This document shows, one piece after another, positions 30,784 to 41,600 of a DNA stretch of 64,000 nucleotides. The translations under genes were made by a program, and so were the position numbers. Source of the DNA: an uncultured bacterium (GTDB lineage: Bacteria > Verrucomicrobiota > Kiritimatiellia > CAIKKV01 > CAIJXV01); NCBI GenBank assembly GCA_903824675.1, contig CAIJXV010000116.1, forward strand, positions 111,379 through 175,378, written 5' to 3'. Positions within the stretch are counted from its first letter, which is position 1. Every line of letters starts with the position of its first letter. A model generated the notes under the pieces. The model was not told where the DNA came from, searched no databases, and saw nothing but the letters and a program-made list of their open reading frames with translations.

Positions 30784-31179
30784 CTAATACCCACCAAAGC
30801 GTTCCACTCCAATCATTTTGCGCTCAGGAGACACCCACCGGAGTTGAAGCCCATGCCTGCCGAATTCGCGGCAGGAGAAATAGCCGTTGGTTTTTGCCGA
30901 AACCAATTCTCCTGTGTTCAATACTTTGATCGTGGCACGATCGATCGCGATGGTAACCAGTTCGGCACCGATGAAATCGTTCCGGGGCTTGGCCATCGAC
31001 AGGATAATTTCGCCGTACGTGACTTCGGTGAGTGTAATTGGCTCGAAAGACTGCTCGGAGACAGAACGTCGTGCGGTATGCCTCGCGTTGGGGTTGGCAA
31101 ACCAGCAGCCAGAGACTCCCCAAACGAAGCAACTGAAGACTAGGGTCAGCACGGCCGAGGAGACCAACTTCATCCTCAT
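30784..31179 (-). CDS. Small secreted/lipoprotein-like hypothetical protein
   Basis: 131 aa; signal peptide ...VWGVSGCWF (possible lipobox). Confidence 0.45.
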   Translation of the reverse strand: MRMKLVSSAVLTLVFSCFVWGVSGCWFANPNARHTARRSVSEQSFEPITLTEVTYGEIILSMAKPRNDFIGAELVTIAIDRATIKVLNTGELVSAKTNGYFSCREFGRHGLQLRWVSPERKMIGVERFGGY

Positions 31180-31223
31180 TAGTTTTCCTGCCCACCCTCT
31201 TATAATTGAAGCCCCCTACTCGA

Positions 31224-32777
31224 TCAACCCTCGGCGTTATCCGCCTTGGGCGGAGGGGTGCCGGAATCCTTCATCCGGCCTAAAAATTCGGGCAGGTCCA
31301 GGCCGACCTGACGCGCCAGTTCGTGCATCGGCGGCAAGGCGCCCATCAGTTTCTTGCCCAGGTTGGACATTCCACCGCCTTCGCCTCCACCGTCCCAAAC
31401 CACAATCTTCTCGAGCGGCAGATCCTGAATGGCTTGCGCCTGGATGTGCGCGACATCGACCAGTTTTTCGATCATCAGCAGGGCCGCCGCAACCTGCGGG
31501 TCGCCCGCCGATTGGACCAAATTGCGATACCCGGTCGCTTTGCCGTCCAATACGGCCTGGATACCTTCGCCTTCGGCCCGCATCTTGGCCAGGGTCGCCG
31601 CGGCCTGACCTTGCGCCACCAGGACCGACTGCTCTTTCTGGGCTTCGGACGCGATGACCAGCTGCCGTTTTGCGGCTTCCGCCGGCACCACGATCTCCGC
31701 ATTCAACCGCGATTGTTCGCGAAGCGCGCGCGCATCTTCGGCCTTCTTCTGGGCGTTTTCCTGAGCCACGCGAATGGATCCATCCGCCTCCCGGGCCGCC
31801 GTCTCGCCGCGATTACGCGACTCTTCTTCCGCGACCCGCTGAGTGGCATGATATCGGGCCTTGTTGGCGTTAGCATCCGTTTCAGCCAATACCGCCTCGG
31901 CATCCAGCTTCGCCGTCTGCTGGCGCTTGTTCCGGTCGGCGCTGGCTTCCCCGATCTGGGCCTCAGCCACAGCCGCCGCCACCAACTGACGTTTCTTCCG
32001 CGCCGCCTCGGCTTCCCCAATTTCGGCATCGGCGATTGACGCGGCCACCGACACCCGTTGGTCCTTTTGACGCATCGCCACCCCGGTCTGCCCCAACTTC
32101 TCCTGCTCGGCCACATCGATATTCGCCTGGTTGATCGCTTCCGCCGCCGCCTTGCGCCCGATCGCCTTGATGTACCCCGATTCGTCGTCGATATCGCGAA
32201 TATTGACATTGATGACGGCCAGACCGATCTTTTCCAACTCGACGGCCACCGCCTCATTCACCTTGACCATGAATCCCTGCCGGTCCCGGTTGATGTCTTC
32301 GATCTTCATCGTCGCGATCACGGCGCGCATCTGGCCGATGATGATATCCTGCGCCTGGGTCTGAATTTGCTGGACGGTCTGCCCCAACAAACGCACGGCC
32401 GCGTTTTGCATGATCCCGCTCTCGATCGAAATCGCCGCCGTCACCGAGGTCGGCACCGTAACCCGGATGTTCTCCTGGGACAATGCATTCGACAGATCAA
32501 TCGGCACCACAAAAGGTTCGAGATCCAGATAGTCATACGACTGGAACAGGGGCCAGACAAAAGCCGCGCCGCCATGGATACACTTGGCCGCACCACTGCC
32601 GGTTTTGCCGTAAATCACCAGGATCTTATTGGAAGGACAACGGCGATAGCGCCGGACAAAGGTCATCACCAACACGATGCAGAGAGCCGCCAGCAATAAC
32701 CCGAGAATGATTTCCACAGGAAGACCGCCCTCGGCCGTCTTCACTTGAGCCAATTGAATCAATGCCATTTCCTTCAT
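31224..32777 (-). CDS. Flotillin-family SPFH/band-7 protein (YqiK/FloT-like)
   Basis: Start set at Met with GGAGG RBS; N-terminal TM; SPFH domain; long Ala/Glu/Gln-rich coiled-coil with repeated AEAxxxA units. Confidence 0.8.
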   Translation of the reverse strand: MKEMALIQLAQVKTAEGGLPVEIILGLLLAALCIVLVMTFVRRYRRCPSNKILVIYGKTGSGAAKCIHGGAAFVWPLFQSYDYLDLEPFVVPIDLSNALSQENIRVTVPTSVTAAISIESGIMQNAAVRLLGQTVQQIQTQAQDIIIGQMRAVIATMKIEDINRDRQGFMVKVNEAVAVELEKIGLAVINVNIRDIDDESGYIKAIGRKAAAEAINQANIDVAEQEKLGQTGVAMRQKDQRVSVAASIADAEIGEAEAARKKRQLVAAAVAEAQIGEASADRNKRQQTAKLDAEAVLAETDANANKARYHATQRVAEEESRNRGETAAREADGSIRVAQENAQKKAEDARALREQSRLNAEIVVPAEAAKRQLVIASEAQKEQSVLVAQGQAAATLAKMRAEGEGIQAVLDGKATGYRNLVQSAGDPQVAAALLMIEKLVDVAHIQAQAIQDLPLEKIVVWDGGGEGGGMSNLGKKLMGALPPMHELARQVGLDLPEFLGRMKDSGTPPPKADNAEG

Positions 32778-32778
32778 T

Positions 32779-33444
32779 TCAACCTCCACCCGCTGGACTG
32801 CTTGTTTCACCCGTGTTTTTCACCCGGACCTCAACCACCGTCGGCTCGAGGACCCGAATCACCGTCACCGTCGTTCCCGCCTTCAACGCCTTGCCATCCA
32901 CGTCCCGTGCCTTGAGATGCATCATCATCTCCCGACACATCACGCGAACCTCACCCTGCCCTCCGGCGGGAATATCCAAATGCACCGTCCCCAAATTTCC
33001 GACCGAAGATCGGGCGGTCACATTCCCGGTCTCCTGCATCCGCTGCATACCGTTCATGATCAACGAGACGAGGATCAACGCCGCGCCCCCCCAAGCCAGT
33101 GACCACCCCAGGGCCGCGGTCAGCGGCACGCCATTGTTGAGATACAGGGAACCGGCCCAGAAAAAAAGGGTGAAAAAAGCCAGGATCGACCGCACACTCA
33201 TCAACTTAAAAGCGGTCAGGGTTTCCTGCGTATCCGCGGGAACATGGTGCGCCCCCATCGTATCCACGGTGGAGTCCGGGCTCTCATCTCCCCCGCTGAT
33301 GCCAAAGATGGAAGCGGCCAATTGCCAGATAAAGATCACCCCAAAGAAAATGGCCACCGCATAAAAACCCCGGTTCAAAACCGTCAGCCCGTCCCACCAA
33401 CCCGCCAGAACACCTGTCATGGATAAACCCTCCCAAAATTTCAT
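32779..33444 (-). CDS. NfeD-like membrane protein (YqiJ-like, short form without protease domain)
   Basis: Start at MKFWEG; several TM helices; C-terminal OB-fold-like beta segment GEVRVMCREMMMHLKARDVDGKALKAGTTVTVIRV; stop abuts the flotillin start. Confidence 0.6.
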   Translation of the reverse strand: MKFWEGLSMTGVLAGWWDGLTVLNRGFYAVAIFFGVIFIWQLAASIFGISGGDESPDSTVDTMGAHHVPADTQETLTAFKLMSVRSILAFFTLFFWAGSLYLNNGVPLTAALGWSLAWGGAALILVSLIMNGMQRMQETGNVTARSSVGNLGTVHLDIPAGGQGEVRVMCREMMMHLKARDVDGKALKAGTTVTVIRVLEPTVVEVRVKNTGETSSPAGGG

Positions 33445-33873
33445 CGCCTCTATCGTAGGCTTTGATCCGTCAAAGACAAGAGGTTTTTTGGGGAATTCCT
33501 TACTACGGGAGCATCTGCGATTCGGTGCACAGAAACCGCTCAAAGGGCATTTCACCAACAGATCCGCGGACGCCGGGCGCAGAGGCCCGGCCTACAACAA
33601 CGGGGAATCGGGTTGTGAGCGAAGTCCCACCTGGGGCGGTTTATCAAGGAAATAGGCGAATTTGCGCCGAATCGCAGTTTCGCCCCCTTTCTGCTCCCGT
33701 TCATACTTCGCTAACAGATCAACTGAAACACGAGATTCCTCGACTCCGCCATGCCCCGCTCGGGATGGCTAAACCGCCCCAAAAGATCAACACCGTCTGT
33801 CGCGAGTTTGCAGATTGTCGCAAGCACTATCCGACGACTTTCCCTATTTCTACGGAATTTGCCTTATACCCCT

Positions 33874-36396
33874 TCACCAGCCCAAATAAACGCGCATCCG
33901 GAGTTGACTATTACTATAAAAATAAAACGTGGAATACGAACTACCGGCGGCGTGTCTTCCATCGCCCGCCACCCAAATGCCAGCCAAGTCATCCCGGATA
34001 TCGAGATCCCGAACCGTTTTCTGGGTTCCATCTTCGAACACAAAAACCTTACCCACTGCACCCGCGATTCGGGCATAATTCACGGCCGCAGTGAACCCCT
34101 GGCTATCCAGGGTATCTTGAACCTTTCGATAGTACCCCTGCGTACTGGTCCGGGAATCCGGCACCAGCATCTCCGACAAGGTCACCGGAAAGGCATTCCA
34201 CCAGCCCCATTGCACCCCCCAGGCGATCACATTTCCGGCGACTGATTTGATGAACCACTTTCCTGAAACCGTATCATAAACCGCCAGATCGTATTTTCCA
34301 TCCCCGTCATAATCCCCCGACACCGGTTTCGCCGTATTCCAGCCCCATTGGTTTGCCCACGTGATCACCCCGCCGGTCACGCTCTTGATGTACCAATAGC
34401 CACCCGCCGTATCGAACACCGCCTGGTCCCAAACCCCATCCCCGTCATAATCCCCCGGCACAGGTATCGCCGTATTCCAACCCCATTGATTTGCCCATGT
34501 GATCACCCCGCCGGTCACGCTCTTGATGTACCAATTGCCACCCGCCGTATCGAATACCGCCTGATCCCAAACCCCATCCCCGTCATAATCCCCCGGCACC
34601 GGTTTCGCCGTATTCCAGCCCCATTGGTTTGCCCACGTGATCACCCCGCCGGTCACGCTCTTGATGTACCAATTGCCACCCGCCGTATCGAACACCGCCT
34701 GGTCCCAAACCCTATCCCCGTTATAGTCTCCAGCCACCGGCCTTGCCGTACTTGAGCCCCATTGGTTTGCCCACGTGATCACCCCGCCGGTCAAGCTCCT
34801 GATGTACCAATAGCCACCCGCCGTATCGAATACCGCCTGATCCCAAACCCCGTCCCCGTTATAGTCCCCGGCCACCGGCTTCGCCGTACTCCAACCCCAT
34901 TGACTGGCCGAGGCCAGAACGGTCCCGTTAACCCCTTCGACATACCAATACCCCCCCAATGTATCGAACACCGCCAGATCACTGCGCCCATCACCGTCAT
35001 AATCACTCGGCGCATTTCCCGTAACGGCCAGCGGATTGGCGCCATCCATTCCAGTCAATCCCGTGTTGTCCGGATCCAGCCAGGAACTCAACCGCGAACC
35101 CACCGTGCCCCCACCGCCCCAACTGACAGAAAATTTACCGAACCAATCCGAGAGATCATTGGAACAGGCGGCATTCCCTCCATGCAACTGGCCAATCAAT
35201 CGGTGACTGGCCGCATTCCATAACCCGGCCCCCGATGACCCCGGCTCCGTGGTCCCGCTATCCCAATCAATCACCTGCCAGTGGTTGGCTCCGGCATTCC
35301 GGGTCGTACTGCCATAGGCGGCGCTCTGCAGGGCGTTGTTTTCAAAGCTGATGGCCTTTTCGTCGCCATTGGGATGATGAATACAAACGGCGGCAGACGC
35401 GCCATTCCCCGTGCAATCCCACCCGGCATAATAAACATGAAACGCCGGACTCGGCAGCGCATTCAACTCCAACAAGGTAAAATCGGACGTCGCATAGGCG
35501 AAATCGGGACTGGCATACGTCGCCCGCAGGGAAGCCCCGCTCTGGTTCTGGCCCAAAGATCCGCCGCTCAAGGCGCCACAGACCGGCGACTGATCATTCC
35601 AGTACACCACCACCGAAGCGGCCTCGGAACTGGAACTCAGACAATGGGCCGCGGTTAAAAAATAGGCTTTGAAATCCGTCCGTGCATTCATCACCAACGT
35701 CCCCGAACACAAATACGCGCCGGAAATGGTGTAGCGCGCAACACTGCGAATTTCATTACGCCAGTTATCCCCGACGGGACAAATCACATCATTATTGCAA
35801 CTCCCTTGAAGCCCCTTATCCTCCATGGGAAATCCTTTCCGAAACACATCGACATATCCCCGGTTAACCCGCCCGATGGCCAGCGTGAATTGATCCATTA
35901 CCTCCTCCGGCATTTCGGCTTCCAGGCTGACCCAGTCCCCCGGCACCACGGGCGTCCAGAGTTGGCGATAGGCGGTATTATCCTTGAAAGTATAGGGGCC
36001 CGCTTGATAGGAGCCATCCGCCGAAACCAATCGAAGCGTACAGCCCTGGGGAATAAAAATATTGGTGACCCCCAAGTTGAGATCGGTCGCACCCGGCGAA
36101 CTCACAAACACGCGCCAAGTCACCCGACCTTCCCCCGCCTCCTCCCAAATCCCGTAATCGAATCGGGTGGCGCTTACTTCACAAGGTTCGGCAAATTGCG
36201 CAACCTTCTCGAACCGGGATTGCAGAACCTTGTTTCGCAGACTCAATGCCTTGGTATCAATCGCCGGAACTTCCAAAACAGCCCGTCCGCCCGGCGGCAA
36301 AATCGTCTTGGATTGACCGGATATCACGGCAAACCCGATTACCACCAGGATCAAACCCGGAAACTTCAGTCTTGAACCGCTGGAGAAGAATCGCAT
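33874..36396 (-). CDS. Secreted trypsin-like (S1) serine peptidase fused to a C-terminal FG-GAP/beta-propeller-like repeat domain
   Basis: Signal peptide; catalytic His in FLTAAHC, Ser in GSSGAGLW; 6+ tandem 46-aa repeats GDYDGDGVWDQAVFDTAGGNWYIKSVTGGVITWANQWGWNTAKPVP. Confidence 0.75.
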   Translation of the reverse strand: MRFFSSGSRLKFPGLILVVIGFAVISGQSKTILPPGGRAVLEVPAIDTKALSLRNKVLQSRFEKVAQFAEPCEVSATRFDYGIWEEAGEGRVTWRVFVSSPGATDLNLGVTNIFIPQGCTLRLVSADGSYQAGPYTFKDNTAYRQLWTPVVPGDWVSLEAEMPEEVMDQFTLAIGRVNRGYVDVFRKGFPMEDKGLQGSCNNDVICPVGDNWRNEIRSVARYTISGAYLCSGTLVMNARTDFKAYFLTAAHCLSSSSEAASVVVYWNDQSPVCGALSGGSLGQNQSGASLRATYASPDFAYATSDFTLLELNALPSPAFHVYYAGWDCTGNGASAAVCIHHPNGDEKAISFENNALQSAAYGSTTRNAGANHWQVIDWDSGTTEPGSSGAGLWNAASHRLIGQLHGGNAACSNDLSDWFGKFSVSWGGGGTVGSRLSSWLDPDNTGLTGMDGANPLAVTGNAPSDYDGDGRSDLAVFDTLGGYWYVEGVNGTVLASASQWGWSTAKPVAGDYNGDGVWDQAVFDTAGGYWYIRSLTGGVITWANQWGSSTARPVAGDYNGDRVWDQAVFDTAGGNWYIKSVTGGVITWANQWGWNTAKPVPGDYDGDGVWDQAVFDTAGGNWYIKSVTGGVITWANQWGWNTAIPVPGDYDGDGVWDQAVFDTAGGYWYIKSVTGGVITWANQWGWNTAKPVSGDYDGDGKYDLAVYDTVSGKWFIKSVAGNVIAWGVQWGWWNAFPVTLSEMLVPDSRTSTQGYYRKVQDTLDSQGFTAAVNYARIAGAVGKVFVFEDGTQKTVRDLDIRDDLAGIWVAGDGRHAAGSSYSTFYFYSNSQLRMRVYLGW
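34361..34912. repeat. Four near-identical 138-bp tandem DNA repeats (coding FG-GAP-like blades) within the protease gene
   Basis: Unit starts (gtgatcacc...) at 34361, 34499, 34637, 34775; copies ~93% identical by eye; flanking copies more diverged. Confidence 0.8.
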
Positions 36397-36507
36397 GGGC
36401 GCTCTCTCGTTAAAGGCGTGTTATAGGTCGAAATCATTGAACGAATGACTGAAAGCTTATCATAAAGATGTCAGTCAGTCTATTTTTCCAACCGGCATCA
36501 TCCGCCG

Positions 36508-36573
36508 GCGCATTGACTCACAATTAATGACACCGATCCCTGTTTCGGTGTCATTAATTGTGAGTCAATGCGC
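36508..36573. promoter_or_regulatory. 29-bp perfect inverted repeat (8-nt spacer) in the divergent protease/rsgA intergenic region
   Basis: gcgcattgactcacaattaatgacaccga (36508-36536) ... tcggtgtcattaattgtgagtcaatgcgc (36545-36573), exact reverse complements. Confidence 0.6.
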
Positions 36574-36636
36574 ATGATTACGGCTTTCGGCAAATCATCT
36601 GGTGTTGGGAGGCAAACCCATCTATAATTTAGCGAC

Positions 36637-37554
36637 ATGACTTTAAACCACAATGCTACCCTCAAAGGCCGGATTATTGGAGCCTATGGCCGACAGTATG
36701 AAGTCCGGATCGGAGAAGGAACGGCCGATAGTACACTCCTGATGTGTTCCCCTCGCGGCAAAAAAAGCCTGTATGCCTGTGGCGACGAAGTCGAGGTGGA
36801 ACCCTCCGGTTCCAGCCAGGGCGTGATCCAGACCTTGATTCCCCGACGCAGCCTTTTTTTTCGCGCAAATGCTTTTAAAGAAAAATTGATTGCCGCCAAT
36901 GTCACCCAAGTGGTCATCGTCGTGGCAACCGAACCGGGGTTCAACGATGAATTACTCATCCGCTGTCTGTGTGCCGTTGAATCACAGAATCTGACCGGAT
37001 TAATCGTCCTTAACAAATGCGATCTCACCACCCATCTTCAACGGGGGCGCGATTTATTGGCGCCTTTTACGCGGCTGGGCCATCCGGTTTTGGAAGTCAA
37101 CGCCCAGTCGGGCAATCTGGATGTATTGCGCGGGCATTTAACCGGACAGATCTCATTGCTGTTCGGCCAATCCGGCATGGGAAAGACCACACTGACCAAT
37201 GCGTTGGTGACCGAAGCCGTCGCAAAAACAGGCATTGTGTCGGACGTACTCAACAGCGGCAAACATACCACAACCCATGCCCGCTGGTATGATTTGCCCG
37301 GCGGGGGAGCCCTGATTGACAGTCCCGGCCTTGAAGCTTTTGGCCTTTCACATTTATCGCGCGAAGAAATCGAGAATGGGTTTCGGGAATTCAGGTCGTT
37401 GCGGGGTCATTGCCGGTTCCGTGATTGCCAGCATGATCACGAACCCCATTGCGCCTTTCGAACCGCCTTCACCTCGGGGGCCATCGACTCCCGGCGTTTC
37501 GAGGTCTTTCAGACCCTTCTCGCCGAACATCGCAATCAGCCGAAACTTTTTTGA
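36637..37554 (+). CDS. rsgA: Ribosome small-subunit-dependent GTPase A
   Basis: Circularly permuted GTPase: LNKCDL (G4), GQSGMGKTTL (G1), DSPG (G3); C-terminal Zn-finger CRFRDCQHDHEPHCAF. Confidence 0.88.
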   Translation: MTLNHNATLKGRIIGAYGRQYEVRIGEGTADSTLLMCSPRGKKSLYACGDEVEVEPSGSSQGVIQTLIPRRSLFFRANAFKEKLIAANVTQVVIVVATEPGFNDELLIRCLCAVESQNLTGLIVLNKCDLTTHLQRGRDLLAPFTRLGHPVLEVNAQSGNLDVLRGHLTGQISLLFGQSGMGKTTLTNALVTEAVAKTGIVSDVLNSGKHTTTHARWYDLPGGGALIDSPGLEAFGLSHLSREEIENGFREFRSLRGHCRFRDCQHDHEPHCAFRTAFTSGAIDSRRFEVFQTLLAEHRNQPKLF

Positions 37555-37579
37555 TGGATGCTCGACTTCCCGGCTCGAA

Positions 37580-38551
37580 TTAGCGCAGTCCCATCAGTTT
37601 GCGCATTAACGCGCTCATTTCCACGGCGTCGCCTTTTTCGACCACCCGGTCGAATTGGCTCAACCCCACGGCCCGCATTTTCTTCCACAGTCCGTCGATG
37701 AAACGAACGCTGGCGTTCAATGCGCCCCGGGCATCCTCCCGGTAGGGATACTGGTCCATGGAATACCAACTTTGATAACCCAGGCGGTTCAGCCAGTAGA
37801 GCAGTTCGGCATATTCTACTCCATGCACGGTACCGACAATCATATCATCATCCCAGGATCGGTAGTTGTCGTTGAAATGGAGATGAAACAGCTTTCCGGC
37901 CCGCAACAGAAGCGACGCGGCTTCAGCCATATTTTCACCAGCGGCCAGGGAATGCCCGGTGTCGATGGTGACCCCCACATTGTTGCGACCGGTTTCCAGG
38001 GCGAACAGGAGCGTGTCGGCCGCCCGGGCGAAATACGAGTGGGTACGGGGTTCCTTGCACTTGTATTCAAGGGCCACTTTCAGAGTCGGCCCATATTCGG
38101 CGCAGGTCGTAATGCCACTCAGCAGCCAGTCATGGCCGCGCTCAAAATCCCCTTGGAAACAGTAGTCATAACCATCCTGTCCCGGCCAGATATTAATCGT
38201 CGGACAGTCCATCTGTTGGCAGAGATCCATGGCTTTCTTGACGGCCTCAACCGCCTTCCGTCGGACCGATGGATTCCGGGAGGTGAACGAGCCCTGCCCC
38301 CAGATTTTTTGCGCAAAGAGATCGGGAATGATGGAAGAACACGCCAACCCATTGTCCGTCAGGATCCGCCGCATTTGGACGGCGTTTTTCGTCGTGACAT
38401 CCCAATTCTCCACCAATTCAACCGCCGCTACGCCTGGAATGGAGGCCGCCTGCCGCACCATCTTCAGCTTGGACGGCTGGTCCTTGTAACCGGTCGAAAG
38501 GAATCGGTCGCACGTGTTTCCGAGGTTTCCGAGAATTACGGAATATTTCAT
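37580..38551 (-). CDS. Xylose-isomerase-like TIM-barrel sugar isomerase/epimerase
   Basis: 323 aa; TIM-barrel pattern (VALEYKCKEPRTH, TIDTGHS, LHFNDNY). Confidence 0.65.
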   Translation of the reverse strand: MKYSVILGNLGNTCDRFLSTGYKDQPSKLKMVRQAASIPGVAAVELVENWDVTTKNAVQMRRILTDNGLACSSIIPDLFAQKIWGQGSFTSRNPSVRRKAVEAVKKAMDLCQQMDCPTINIWPGQDGYDYCFQGDFERGHDWLLSGITTCAEYGPTLKVALEYKCKEPRTHSYFARAADTLLFALETGRNNVGVTIDTGHSLAAGENMAEAASLLLRAGKLFHLHFNDNYRSWDDDMIVGTVHGVEYAELLYWLNRLGYQSWYSMDQYPYREDARGALNASVRFIDGLWKKMRAVGLSQFDRVVEKGDAVEMSALMRKLMGLR

Positions 38552-38694
38552 CTGGGCCTCTTTTCAAGGTTTAATCAGTGCCGGATACTCTTCTCTTTCC
38601 GGGGGGATTCGTAAAGAAAAAAAGACGCCTGAAGATCACCCCCCGGGGGGCCTTCTTCAGGCGTCCTGGAATCGCGTCAATCCGGTTTTGGACC

Positions 38695-41600
38695 TTATCG
38701 CAAAATAAGGGCGTCCGCCTGAGACAGGTCGAACGTGAACACCGTCGCATCGCCCTCTTTTTTCATCTCCACTTTTCCGCCGCTCGCCAACTCAGCTTTC
38801 TTGGGAACCGGAACGGACACCGTCAGATTCAACCCGGTCACGGATTGATCCGACCAGTTCACCACCGAAATCGCGATTCCGGACTTCGCCTCGACCATCA
38901 TGGCCTCAACGAAATTTCGATCGGTCCAGACGGGTATTTTAAGAGCGGCGGCCGGCGCCTGCACCAAGGCCCGCACGCCCGCATCAAACTCGGTCGGCAG
39001 GAAGTGAGCCATGGCATCGTCCGACGATCCCCGATCCACCGGTTTCAGAGGAATGGCCGGGCGGAAGAAACTCAACCCGGGCAAAAAGGCACAATAGATC
39101 GCCTCTCCTTTGCCTACTTTTCGAACCGTAACCGCGGGGGAGTCGTCCTTGAATTTCCCCTGCACGACAACATCTTTGGCGGTCTTGACCCGGCTCACCG
39201 CCCCGAAAACAGGGAATTTCACGGGCACGGCATCGGCCCCGGCGCTCCAGGTCACTTCCGTAATCGCCTTGGCAAAAGGCAAATCTTGTTTGATGAACCC
39301 GACCACCGAATCCGCCGGGGCATCGAGAGCGACCGGATCCACTCCCAGCAAGTCCCGTAAATCCTTGTTCGGCTGATGGTATTCATCCAATAGCCCCCCC
39401 CCCGCCGTGACCAATAGTTTTCCACCGTTTTTAACCCATTCAGCGATTTTTTTCGACGCCGCTTGGGGGACATGCCTATCAGTCAAATAAAGAACTTTAT
39501 ATTGATTTAAAACCCCACTGACCGTGTCCGGGTCCACCACCACATCCAGCGGAATCTGGCTGTTGCGAATCGCCACATAGAGCGACCGCTTCGCGGCGGC
39601 AAAGGAGCCCTGATTGTCGCCCCAAATATCGCCGGTTTCGCTGAACCAGATTCCGGCTTCGGCACCGCGGACCTGCCCATCCTGGATGATATCTTCAAAT
39701 AATCCCAGCTCGCGGAAACTTTTGAGAACCATGCCGTACATTTCGGGACGGGTCACATGATTTTCCGTGTAAGCCATCCAGACGGGTTGAAATTCGAACA
39801 AGTCCATGATCTTCATGCCATGCCCTAGAGCCCCGTAATGCAGCCGCCGCCACATGTTGGGCGTATTGCCCGGCCAATGGGGCATCGCGTAAAAGAGAAT
39901 CTTGCGGTCGGGTTTGCCCCGCAATCCGGCGCGGAACAAATCCAGACTGATGTTGTTCATCTGGGGCGAGCCCACCGGCACCTGCCAGATATAATCCTCG
40001 GTCCAGGGAAGGGTGAGACCATCCTCCCGGAAACAGGTCACCCACTTGAAAACTTCCCCGAGATAACTGTGTTCCGTCGTGCCGTTATGTGGAGAATAGT
40101 TGGCCCCAACGGCTGCATTCGGCAGATACTGCCGTACGAGATCTGTCTGTTGCTTGATTTTCTGGATGCCGAAATGATTATAATAGCGCATGGACCAGTA
40201 ATACTGGCCCGGATTGCTCGCCTTCGCCGCGGGCGCCACACTGTAGGTGACGGCCGTCCAATCACCGGCCGCGGGATTTATCTGCTTCGGCGTTACCCCC
40301 TGCCCTTTCAGGTAGGCGATAAAACCTTCCGTGGCCTCCGTCCCGCTGGGCGTGGGCAGGGTGATTTCATCCCCCAAACTGACCACGGCAATGTTTTTGC
40401 GCTGTGGCTCGCTCATCGCCTTGCATTGCGCCTCGATATCGGCCGGACCTTTGCGCCAATCCACGTAACCATGGGGACCCGCGGAGGCATCGAGATTCAT
40501 CCCCGCCAATCCATACAGCGACTGGAACTGGGCGATTCCCGTAGTGCAGTAAGTCAACGTCCGTACCGGCACCTTCCCATGCACCGGGATTTTTGCCAGA
40601 TAATCCAGGAGTTCCTTGACCCCCTCGGCTTGGGTTTGAATCCGGCGCTCATAGCGCATATCGGCAAATCCCACCAAAGGCAGCTTGCCATTGACGTCGA
40701 GTTCCCGGATCGTCTCGATCTGCCCCGCCGCATTTTTTACACCAAAGGTCACCTTACAGGCTCCACCCGCGGCATTCAAAACCCATTGCCCGTCATTCAA
40801 ACTGTCCATCACGGAACCGATCTCAACCCAGTCGGTGGCCTGACCGGGCTCCACCACCACCGAAATCGGCTTCCAAGTCCGCATATGAACCCAATAGGGG
40901 GAATGTTCGGTCCAGGAGGGAGTTATGGTGACTTTGGCCGCACCGGGGTTTTTGACCTTGATCCAAACATCACCCGACTGGGTCATCAATCCATCCAGCG
41001 GCAGATAATTTTCCTTGGCGATCCGATTCTGGACTTGCGCTTCATCGGTGGTCAACATGACCAGATCCACGTTGCGCTTGGCTGCAGGACCGGGTTGTTT
41101 ACCGGCGATCAGGGTAATCGTGGCCAATCCGGGCTGGAGTTCAGCATAGGCATCATGTCCTTCCCAAACCACATTTTCGACCGCGCCCCAACTCCACCCC
41201 ACCTCTTTCTTCAGCTTTTCACCGAAGGCCCAGATTTTCATATTGTCACGCGCGCCATAGAGCCGGTCGAGTTTCGCTTTACCCCCCTGCTCAACTTTGA
41301 CCTTGAACTGGGTTTCAAAGCGATAGGCGGCCTCATAACGAACCAAAACGAGATAACGACCGGCGGCAGGCACCTGGACTTGAATCGACGCTACCGTTTC
41401 ATCACAATTTTCCGGAGCGCCCAGAAAGGCCTTGCGGCTGAGGAAGCAATTGGCGAAGGTCGCCGCATAATAGTTGTCGCCCCACCGCTTGGATTGCCAC
41501 CCCACCGCTTCAGCCGACGCAGGTTTCTTCACCTGAAATTCTTCGGCCTCGCAAATCAAACTTCCATCCGGTGCCACCGTGACCGCACTCCCTGGGGTGC

